Shown here in pieces: positions 53,583 to 64,000 of a DNA stretch of 64,000 nt. Source of the stretch: Leptogorgia sarmentosa (taxonomy: Eukaryota); assembly GCA_964658305.1 (NCBI GenBank), contig OZ210885.1, positions 3,782,001-3,846,000 of the forward strand. The letters are read 5' to 3'. Numbering within the stretch: position 1 is the stretch's first letter; each line of letters starts with the position of its first letter. Both the position numbers and the translations under genes were made by a program. Below the pieces are notes generated by a model. That model was not told where the DNA came from, ran no database searches, and saw only the letters and a list, made by a program, of their open reading frames with translations.

Positions 53583-54797
53583 CAGGGACCGCGGAACTGG
53601 GGGGACCAGGGGTGCCATGGCCCCCCCACTTTTTGGCACATGAAGTTCAGTGAAAGTTCAGCGCAGTTGATAATCGCGCAACGGAGAGTAGTTCGACGTA
53701 GATGTCCGCAACTGTGATGAACAGAATCGGATATACCCGACTTCCTCGCTTTATTCATTACTGCGGAGCCAACTTATTGAACGTAGTTGGATATGTACAA
53801 TTTACGCTCTTGTGCAATACATTAGCGCACAGATTTTCAGATGACAATTTATCGTGAATACTTAGTGACTGAACACTGAAACGATTCAAATTTGCTTTAT
53901 TTGGAGAACTCAATCTACATGCCACTTCGAACCTTTCCTGGCATGAGTTTTATATTGGTTGGGACATAGGCGTAGTGTGTGGGAGGTGCGACACCCCCCA
54001 CTTTTTGGTCGATCTGTCGGTAGAATATATAATCTGTCAGTTGGACATGTCGGTAAACTATTATCATCATCCGTAAAACTCGCTAAGGCCTGGTTTATAC
54101 AGCGTGCTATGAGCGCACCGAACCAATTACTTCACTAATAAGTTCGCTCAAAGCACGCTGTCTAAATCAAATTGGTTCACTCTCTGAATTAGGTTCGCTC
54201 CTGACCGTGCCGTTCGCACGTCGGAGGCGTGCCGAACGCTCGTAGCACGGTTAAGCACGCCTTTGAATTAAACCACCGTGCCATCAGCGAACATATCATG
54301 ATAATTGCCTATAATTTATTATAAATGTATTAATGTTACGCTCGCACCCAGGCTCTTTATCTCAACTTTAAAAATTAGCTCGCTCAGATTAGTTACGTCA
54401 TGATTACGTATAAATCAGAATGCGTGCTATTAGCGTGCTTGGCCGTGCTAATTTAAAAATTGGTTCGGTGCGCTCATAGCACGCTGTATAAACCAGGCCT
54501 AACTCGGTCTAAAAAAGGTAGAGTTAAGACTCTGAAATGGTTGTTTCCGGGGATCTAGAGGGTCCCATTGTTCAAATTTTTTTCAATCGGCGCCAACCAT
54601 GGTGGCGCCTCGTGCGAATCGACTCCCCTAATGTTGAGAATGATACCCGTCGGTAAAACAAAAATATATTGCAGCCTCCCACTGAAACGAGTCGCGCCAC
54701 TGCACTGGTTTGGGTGACGAGAGGAGACATGTTAAGAATTAATTTCCGGAAAGGATATTCTGCCCCCCCCACATTTAAATCCGCTCCGCGGTCCCTG
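53583..54797. mobile_element. Non-autonomous DNA transposon with a 5-bp TSD (hAT5-like) inserted in a coding exon
   Basis: TIR CAGGGACCGCGGA / TCCGCGGTCCCTG; TSD AACAG, defined against the empty sites in the paralogs (GACACAACAGGAGTG). Confidence 0.9.
54087..54499. mobile_element. PIF/Harbinger MITE nested in the 53583-54797 element
   Basis: Perfect TIR of about 42 bp, GGCCTGGTTTATACAGCGTGCTATGAGCGCACCGAACCAATT; TAA TSD. Confidence 0.9.
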
Positions 54798-57110
54798 AAC
54801 AGGAGTGACAAAGTACGCAGAATACAACTTCTTTGCCATCGCTTCAGAAAATGTCAAATACAAATTGAGTTTGGGCACATATTCAGGTATAAATATACTT
54901 AAATTTACCTATTAAACAAATAAATTCAGTAATTTGATCTACCCAAGGCCGTAATTAACAAGTGCGTTAATTGAGGGGGGGGGGGGGTGTATTTATATAT
55001 CCGCGTTCTGCCCAACGGATTTCTTTTTAAATCAGATGGTTTTGAATTCATTTGAAAAGAAATCCGTTGGGCAGATCATGAATATACGAGTATATACCCC
55101 CCACCCCCAATCAACGCTCTATTTACGGCCCTGAATCTACCAAGAAAGTGCTTTACAATATACGTCGTTGATAGAAACAATATGTTACAAACATTTTGAA
55201 GTAAAATTGGGCAGAGAAATTTTGGTGAAATAAGATATAGAAGTTGCAAGACGTCTAATGCCGCGAGGTTATTTTTATATTTCGGGAGGGAAGGTAATCA
55301 TTATATAACTGAAGGTCATGCGTAGCTTCCGTTTTGCGTGAAATATAGCTAGTTACCGTGGGAGATCAGTTCAGAAGATTCTCAAAGTCTTTTTAAACTT
55401 GTAGGAACGGCTGGCGACTCTTTTGGAACCCAACGTGGCATGGCCTTCAGCACTCGTGACATAGATAACGATACTTCGGGAAAAAGTTGTGCTATCATCT
55501 ACAAGGGAGCCTGGTGGTATTCCAGGTGCCACGATTCAAATCTGAATGGCTTTTATTACCTGGGCTCGCACACGTCGTACGCTGATGGCGTGAACTGGCA
55601 GACGTGGAAGGGATACTATTATTCGTTGAGGAAAACTGAAATGAAACTGAGATCATCTGGATCCTAACATGCATGTGAAATTTTAATCTTCACGAACTAT
55701 TATTAGTAATGAAAGTATTACAGTGATACAGTCTAATTCTTTGTTATAAAATTGCAAGTTGAAATGTGTAAGTTGTAACTGGTGTCTTTTTTGAAATGTA
55801 GCTAGTTCAATAAATCTTTGTACAAACACTCAATAATTCGTATCCAGTTTTTTTTTCAATCACATGATAACCATAGTAGCCAAAAGGCCAAGTTTGATTG
55901 AAGAATTTGACTCATCCTTCAAGCCGTATTATTGAACTATTTAAATACAGATATTTTAGCGGGGGGTAGGGTGGACTTCAAATCGCTCGTCTGGCGCCGA
56001 AGGTACTCCCACCGAAATATTTTGAATATTTTATTTTTGCGGGCAATATTTTGTGCATGAAGCCTGCGAGGAACAAAGAAATATGAGTTAGCAATATTAA
56101 TTGACAGGATGGATGGCGAACTTTTAAGGAGAAATTACCCGACTTTATCTGCCTGTCCAAAATATTATCCGAACTCTCTTGTAAAAGGAACTTGTAGCTT
56201 CACTCGGATAGAAACGAATGATTGACCAAAATCCAAATGAATCTACTGGGGGTAGACGCGGTGCGTTGAATAAATCGAACTCGAAGGTGAAAATTTCACA
56301 ACACAATAGTAACACTTTAATGAACAGATGACAGGATATATATACAGGTCTGAAGTATGTAGAAACAATGATATCGCGATAGGACGACTTGTAGGAAATA
56401 GAGTGTAGAAATATAAACCAGGCAATGTTGTAGGTTTGACGTGGAGTCGAGTCTTCGCAAATTGCCTCTTTGGGGTCGTTTATCGTGGTATATTGTCTTT
56501 GTATAGATAGACGTTCGGTAGATAGATAATTCGATAATTCGATGATTCGTTAATTCGGTTCGAACTAAATACAATGATCAAACAAACTAACTATAATAAC
56601 GTATAACAACTACAAGAAGAAAAGAACCGATAATGATGCTCTATACTTGATACTAATTAACGTGCAAACACTTAGTTATACATGCACCGTTTAACATGCA
56701 CTAAACTCAATTTTAGCGACGCGCGAATCGAAAGTGTTGCGTTGTATTAGCGCAGATTTTGCCTACACACATACACATATACTTGCACACATAGAGAACA
56801 TAAACGAGACTGGAATTACTCATGCATGAAATGGCGCGATTTATTCTATAAAGTCACTTTTATGTGAAACATCTCGCGCAGTCTAATCTTAATGCCGCAA
56901 GACAACTTATTATCTATGTACTTACTTTGGTTTGCTAACGCACCAAACTTAGCTCCTTTTACAGCGTAGACTTAGCGTGGCTTCTTCCTAAATTCTAAGC
57001 CGGGATAGATATAGTCTTCTTAACGTGGATAGAACTTGGCTAATACGAAGCCCAAACTATATTGCTTACTCACAAGCGTCCGCGTTAACGACTTATGGCC
57101 GAATGAACAC

Positions 57111-57431
57111 CAGGGATTATTCTAAGGTGCAGTGATAACCAATTTGTGCAGTGATAAATGAGAATTGTGCAGTGATAAAATACATTTTGTGCAGTGAATA
57201 AATATATGTTATTCATCATTTATTAGAATTTGGAAATAACTTTAAGCATATACAACAGCAATAGTTTAATAACTTTTCATATTTTAGCAAAAAGCTGAAT
57301 AGGAAAATAGGAAACAGTTTGATGTTCTGAATTGGGCAGTCAGACCTTTTCCAATACAACTTTATATTCACATATTTTTATATTTTTTTGTGCTTTTGTG
57401 CAGTGATAAAATTTCCTTAGAATAATCCCTG
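57111..57431. mobile_element. hAT-type MITE
   Basis: TIR CAGGGATTATTCTAAGG / CCTTAGAATAATCCCTG; 8-bp TSD ATGAACAC; subterminal TGTGCAGTGATAA repeats. Confidence 0.9.
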
Positions 57432-58229
57432 ATGAACACTGTAGCCTATGTAAACTGTTTTAACGCAAAAACAACCGGAATTTACTGAGCAAAACAACAA
57501 CTCTATGTTTTTCGCAACAGATATAGCGTATCTAGGCTTGGAAACCGCAATGCGCATTTGCTAACCATACTTGCGCATTTGCTGACCATAGCTGCATATT
57601 TCCCATGGGAATCTAGCTAACTGCGGAAAATAACAAACTTGTTTGTTTTCCTTCGAATCTTTCGAATACGCTGCTTTGACCTTCCGTTTCGAAACCAACA
57701 GAACTACACACAATATTTACCCAGAGGAAAAACTACCTATACTGCATGTAGACTGGTACTGAGATATACCTATACGTTGAACTCTCGTTGGATAAGTTTA
57801 TTGTAAATACAAATGTGACGGTTCCTATAAAAAACGTGATTTTGTCTGTTCATTCAAGTAAGTATGTTGTTAAATTGAATGTGATAATTGCTGAATTACG
57901 ATTTTTCTAGCTATTGACGTTTGACGTTATCGCACCGACGTCAAATATAATCCTTTGCGGAAAAGGAATACGAATGATGAAAGAACAATTCGTCGATCGT
58001 CTTTGTGACCTTGACTGACTTGAAAAAAACAAATAAACGTGTACTTTGAGAATAATACACGTAGACTTGTAAAAGAATTCCCTTATTTCCCGATTGGAGG
58101 ATAGGTCTAATCGACGTATCATTCTGCTATAATTTCAGATGTCAAAATCCAAATAGTTATTTTCACAAAACAAAGTATATAAAACATACGGTATGTATTG
58201 CTAAAAATAACATGCTCACATGCATGCAC

Positions 58230-58362
58230 GTACGTAAAAGATATAGAGGATATTACCGACAGCGGTGCGAAGATATGAATATTATCTTCGAGTGGTGAAG
58301 TACGTAAAAGATATAGAGGATATTACCGACAGCGGTGCGAAGATATGATATTATCTTCGAGT
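58230..58362. repeat. 70-bp tandem duplication
   Basis: GTACGTAAAAGATATAGAGGATATTACCGACAGCGGTGCGAAGATATGA... starts at 58230 and again at 58300. Confidence 0.85.
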
Positions 58363-58397
58363 TCACCACAAGAAGATAAAATTCATATCTTCAAACC

Positions 58398-58730
58398 CAT
58401 AAGCGTACGGGTTACATTTTTCAGGGGGGGCAGAAAGATCTTTGCCCGAATTTGAGGGTAGGGAATGTCACGAGGCGCCACCATGGTTGGCGCCGATTGA
58501 GAAAATTTTGAACTTTTACAACCTCTGGATTGCCGGAAACGGCGATTTAAGGGACCTAACTCCACTTTCTTGGTACGCTCGTTCAGGTGAACGCCTGGAG
58601 AATTGTTTACATTCCCTTATTCGTCAGATGTTTGCCCGAATTATGCTCAAAATCAGTGCCCGAATTTTACGATTTGAAATTTTTTGGGGGGGCAGTTGCC
58701 CCCCTTGCCCCCCCGCCCCGTACGCCTATG
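58398..58730. mobile_element. MITE, inverted copy of the 49518-49851 family
   Basis: CATAAGCGTACGGG...CCCGTACGCCTATG; reverse-complement similarity along its length. Confidence 0.85.
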
Positions 58731-59655
58731 TAAACAAACGCCGTGTAATGTTCTTTTTATTATATAGTCATAAAAGCCAGTCGGCAATATTAATTTTGGA
58801 TCGATAATGCTAAATTTTTCAACGAAATACATCAAATTATCCAAATTCAAAGAATACCTGGGCAATCATTTTAGTCTTTTGTTGTAGTATTTTCATTTCA
58901 TCGACAAGAACATTGATGTATTTCCACGGAACAAACTCAACAAAGCGGTCATACTAGCTAAATACCGTCAACAACCGTCAACAAGCGAGTAGCGACAACA
59001 AGCAGGCAAATACCATCAACAAGCAGAAAATTCCATAAATTTATATATCTAAACATGTTGAAATCTTAATTAACTAAAATCGATAAATTAAAGAATTGAT
59101 TCCGTCACTTATTTTAATGTTCGACGGATTCGCTTAGCAAGTGACTTGAGGCATTCACCCCCCGACAAATTTCAAAATGGCGGCCGATGATCGGGAGTTG
59201 AAAGACAACAAACATGAAAATACTGAAACTCTTTTTGTTTGTTTAAAAAAGGATTGTGTCGTTAAATTTGCCGTATTTAAATTTAGGGTTAGGTTTTAAG
59301 GGGTTTTTTTAGGGTTAGGGGTAGCTTTAGGGTTTGGATTGGTTTTATATTTTGGGTTAGGGTTAGTTTCAGGTTGATTTAGTGCATGTTATGGTATTTG
59401 TCACTTTGTTGTACAACAAAAATTGGTTCGCCACTCTTAGACGAAGGTCGCCATTTTGAAAACATATTTATATACAGTATATATATATATATTCTATACC
59501 AAGCCATTCATTAAAATTTGTTCCAATTTGGCCGTACACATGCACGAACATGTTTTGCACCATCATCTATTAATCACTGTGTTTGTTCCTCACTAACAAA
59601 ATAACGCTTGGGATATCTTAACCTTCCTAATTCCAAGTGGTAAACAACAGTGTAA

Positions 59656-59898
59656 GGGCCAGTTGTTGAAAAGCAGGTTAGTTTAACCTTGGGTTAACTT
59701 AAAAGTTCAAAGCAAATTTTTTAACTGTTTGTTTATGAATTTAGGGATATTTCTTCAGAAATCTTGTCCAGATCAATAAGAGTTTTCTTCAGTAACAGTT
59801 TCGAAGTAAACAGGCGTGTAGAAATACACAAACCAAAACACTAGTTTAAATTTTAATCCGGGTTAGCCTAGCTAACCTAGCTTTGAACAACTGGCCCC
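59656..59898. mobile_element. Harbinger-like MITE
   Basis: TIR GGGCCAGTTGTTGAAAAGCAGGTTAG / CTAACCTAGCTTTGAACAACTGGCCC. Confidence 0.7.
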
Positions 59899-59908
59899 TG
59901 CAGTTTAA

Positions 59909-60074
59909 AGACCCGTTCACACGAGAAATTTCGCTTCGATTTCTGGTTTTCTCCTTTCGACGCATGTAAACGAGTAAGTTAATCTCGAACGTTCAGGCGA
60001 GGAAGCACGCACTCAGCACATTTGTTATCAAAAGGAAAAAATTGCAGCAAAACATCGCTCGTGTGAACAGGCCT
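59909..60074. mobile_element. PIF/Harbinger-like MITE
   Basis: TIR AGACCCGTTCACACGAG / CTCGTGTGAACAGGCCT; TAA flanks. Confidence 0.7.
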
Positions 60075-61187
60075 TAACACGTTTGGGGATTTGTCTGAAA
60101 TATGCTTTCACGGGATAAAAACATTCAAGTTCAATCAGTAGTTTGACGCACTACCAGCTTCAGCTTGCGTTAGACTTCCACAACTCCCGTTGCTTTATGC
60201 ATTGGCATCCGGTCAGCTGTGAATATAAGTTCGCTCGAACTCTGGACACAAGTCACAGAAGTACATTGACGCTGATCAGAAGTTTGTTGGAAGAAAATTC
60301 AAGAAGAAATATTGTGATAAAATTGTTGAGATATATGGTAAGATTTTTCTATCATATATGCATATGCAGTTGTTTCTGAAATCATAATCTCTGTTCAAAA
60401 TCTGGACGTAGCCTCTAGTCCTAATCTGAAATTATATAACAAGTATTCGTCTTGATAAATCGCGCAATGTAATTGGTTCATTTGAGGTCCGTATTTTGCC
60501 GTGGTGCCCTGTGCTGTCGAAATTTTTAATGCACTACGAAACGAAACAGAAAATAATAGACAAAACACGAAAGGCCCTGTCACACGATATATCATTTGCT
60601 GCAAATTGCGTTCCAAGTTGCAGGAAAAATAGCCTCGTCAGAGCGCCTTACAAGGACGAAAATGGCTCAAATTTTACTATACCTGAGCCCTGAGGTTAAG
60701 CGTTCATTTTTGAAGAAAATATATTAACGTTTCAGGCAAATATTTTTTAAATGCCAAATGGTAAAGTACTTTTTACCAAAGTAGTTACTGCATTGTAGTC
60801 ATTTGTGTTAATGTGATGTAACTTTTATTTTATTGCCGACATTTCAAAAATCCGTGACTTATGATTAACCAAAATTTTCCATGCAGGAAAACTGTTGCTG
60901 TGCAGGACTGTCTGGGCTTGCACGGCTATTGATTTCAATTTCCACTCTCAAGCCCGTTTTCATAACGCACCTCGTGCATTACGCTTGAGTTTACGCTTAA
61001 CAACGCATAACAACGCTTAACAACGCTCAACAAAACCTTTGCGTGCGCTTGCTAAAATAAAAAAAGCAGACATGTGCCCGCAATCGCATGCATGATTACT
61101 TTTTGTCCTAATCTACATGATACTATTCTATTTGCAAATACTGGAAGTACTTCATTCGCTCACACATGATTTCTGTTATAGTTACGA

Positions 61188-63537
61188 ATGGCAAATTTGG
61201 TTCGATTGACGTTTCTCTTCTTAGCCGCTATTGTGGCTTGTTCAAGGTAAGAAATGTGTAGATTTTTTTACTTGGTCATGTGGAATACAAATCAGAGTCA
61301 CATGTTCAAAGCTGAATATTTATGCTAAAATCTGTGTTAATATTTAAACAAACCACTCCCACCCGAAAAGTGTACCAGCTACTGTGTAGCCTTGTGGAAC
61401 AGTCCTTTTCGCTAACTTGAAGGCGAATTGATATAATATGTAAAGTAGTTTTGTAATCTAAATATAAAGTGAGAACTGACATTTGCGCTATTCCGATGCC
61501 AAAGTCTTCCTCAACTTGTCTCCTTGCCCCAATCCTTGCAAATGAATATAATTCTGTGTGATGGCGCCCAGGAGCGGATGGGCTATTTCGGGGGTCTGGG
61601 CGATTCTGCAAAAAAGAAGCCTGGAAAGACACTTCCTGGTCTCTCAAAGTAACTGAAAGTTGCACATAATGCAAACCATGCCTACTTATCAAAAATGTTA
61701 TTTCCAATTTTCAATGCGCTGGAAGAGCATAGGAAAGTAGCCATTTAAAACAGGTGGCGCATCAGTCCATCGCCCAGTGCGCCCCACTGGCCAGTTAGCC
61801 TCTGATGGCGCCAATGTTCTGCATGCCTGTTTATTTGAAGTATACAAAACTATTGATCCAGACTTGGGGCTTGGCCGCATAGCGCCACTGCGCCAGAAAT
61901 GCTAATTAGATGACTTCTTTTTTCCGTTATAAAATTTCTGACAAGTGACGCAATCACGAGTTCTACACCGAAGGAATTTCTTTGTTTTTTTCAGAGGACA
62001 GGCTAACATACTGGCTCTTTTGAACAAAATGAATGCCAAAATTGATGGGTTGGAGAAAATAGTTCAGAGTCCATGCCATGCGCTCGGTAAGTCACTGTTG
62101 GTAACATTTGAATTTTGTGCGATTTCACTCGATGTAGAAAAATTAGATTTTGCACCATTATTGGAAATTATAACATCCCACGTTAGTTTGTTTGCTGCAA
62201 AAGATCCGATCCCGACGAATTCTCCTCAAGTTTTCATGTCCATCAAAAGTACATGCTATTCAATATTAATCCAGCCTATATTTTTTGGAAGAATTTGTGA
62301 AAACCAATTTCCCGCTATTTCTGTAGACTAAGTGCGCGTTCGGGCTTTACATTCAATTTGACCACAGTGATTCTCTTATAAGCTTGCCTTTTTATTACAG
62401 GAAAGGATTGCGCTGATCTTTATAAGAAAGGTCACACAACAAATGGTGTTTATTCCATTGATCCAGACGGCAAAGGCGCATTCAGAGTAAGATGTGATAT
62501 GACGACATCAGGAGGGGGTTGGACGATCATTCAAAGACGTGTTGATGGTAGTGTAGATTTCTACCGCAACTGGAAAGATTACAAAAATGGTTTTGGTGAT
62601 GCAACAGGCGAATATTGGCTTGGTCTGGACAAAATCAACCGATTAACAAATGCCGGTACAAAAGTAATTCGATTTGACCTTTGGGACACAACAGGAGTGA
62701 CAAAATACGCTGAATACAACTTCTTTGCCATCGCTTCAGAAAATGTCAAATACAAATTGAGTTTGGGCACATATTCAGGTATAAATATACTTAAATTTAC
62801 CTATTAAACAAATAAATTCAGTAATTTGATCTACCCAATTAAGGCCGTAATTAACAAGTGCGTTAATTGAGGGAGGGGGGAGTGTATATTTATATCCGCG
62901 TTCTGCTCAACGGATTTCTTCCTAAATCATATGGTTTTGAATTGAAATCCGTTGAACTGATCATGAATATACGAATATACCCCCCCCCCCCTCCCCCTCC
63001 AATAAACGCTCTAGTTGCGGCCCTGGATCTACAAAGACAGTTGTGCTTTACAATATACGTCGCTGATGAAACAATATGAGAAATTTTGGTGATTAGAGAT
63101 ATAGAAGTTGCAAGACGTCTAATGCCGAGGTTATTTTTATATTTCGGGAGGGAAGGTGTCAATGAGATCATGATATAGCTGAAGGTCATGCGTAGCTTGC
63201 GTTTTGTGTGAAATATAGCTAGTTACCGTGGGAGATCAGTTCAGAAGATTCTCAAAATCTTTTTAAACTTGTAGGAACGGCTGGCGACTCTTTTGGAGCC
63301 CAACGTGGCATGGCCTTCAGCACTCGTGACGTAGATAACGATACTTATGGACCAAGTTGTGCTGTGACCTTCAAAGGAGCCTGGTGGTATGCCGCTTGCC
63401 ACAAATCAAATTTGAATGGCTTTTATTACCTTGGCACGCACACGTCGTACGCTGATGGCGTGAACTGGCAGGCGTGGAAGGGATACAAATATTCATTGAG
63501 GAAAACTGAAATGAAACTCAGACCAACTGGATTCTAA
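61188..63537 (+). CDS. Secreted FReD lectin copy 5, about 263 aa; exons 61188-61246, 61995-62086, 62401-62778, 63275-63537
   Basis: Same four-exon structure as copy 3, GT-AG introns, open frame through ...EMKLRPTGF-stop. Confidence 0.93.
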
Positions 63538-64000
63538 CACGCATGGGAAATTTTGATCTTCACGAACTATTATTAGTAATGAAAGTATTACAGTGATTTA
63601 GTCTTCTTTGTTATAAAATTGCAAGTTGAAATGTGTAACTTGTAACTGGTGTCTTTTTTGAAATGTAGTTCAATAAATCTTTGTTCAAACACTCAATAAT
63701 TCGTATCCAGTTTTTTGTCCATAATATCCAGGTTATGAGGCTTTTTCGATAATGGTAGCCAAAAGGCCAAATTTTATTGAAGAATTTGACACATCCTTCA
63801 AGCCGTATGGATTACTATTATTGAACTATTTAACTATTGTTTTGAGAGAGATTTTTGAGGACCGCACCATTTTAATCTTGACATTGAGGTTGAACGAGCA
63901 AAGGCTATAAAAAATCGCGAAAATCTTATCCACCTGTCGAAACGTATAATCTACAAAGCCATCGTCAAACGAGGTGCAAGTAATCGCAAGTTTTAACTTC

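Larger units (their letters stand above)
51958..55667 (+). pseudogene. FReD lectin copy 4, disrupted; exons 51958-52016, 52884-52975, 53289-54886 (interrupted), 55405-55667
   Basis: Same exon structure as copies 3 and 5, but exon 3 is split after ...LWDTT by a 1215-bp insertion that introduces a stop at 53653. Confidence 0.9.

Noticed and set aside
56426..57519. Possible solo LTR (TGTTG...CAACA) hosting the 57111-57431 MITE
   Set aside because: Composition is LTR-like, but no matching TSD, PBS or PPT could be found, so the boundaries are unsupported.
59281..59370. TTAGGG-like repeats as an interstitial telomere
   Set aside because: Short and degenerate; similar tracts occur inside dispersed repeats elsewhere in the window (about 15930, 30730 and 33400).

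Overview
AT-rich, intron-containing animal genomic DNA; the gene and repeat content suggests a cnidarian such as an anthozoan, which is inference only. The window is a repeat-rich cluster of innate-immunity-like genes. (1) Six copies of a secreted fibrinogen-related-domain (FReD, ficolin/tachylectin-5-like) lectin gene: three intact four-exon genes (5003-7249 -, 46781-48820 +, 61188-63537 +), one copy with a different, PAN/apple-containing 5' region (9374-13423 -), one copy broken by a DNA-transposon insertion in a coding exon (51958-55667 +), and one inverted truncated pseudogene (50250-51617 -). (2) An intact six-exon L-amino-acid-oxidase-like flavoprotein gene (21299-25388 +). (3) The 3' remnant of an EGF-repeat single-pass receptor whose tail carries four YxxL motifs at exact 15-aa spacing (ITAM/ITIM-like; 33605-35500 +). 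Mobile DNA includes a head-to-tail array of three Helentron/HINE-like elements (27364-33573) with an inverted partial copy, a truncated BEL/Pao LTR element, a 5'-truncated L2/CR1-type LINE whose empty paralogous site is in the window, and many hAT, PIF/Harbinger and Mutator-like MITEs with visible TSDs. All exon boundaries were read by eye from GT/AG sites and phase arithmetic; no database searches were run.
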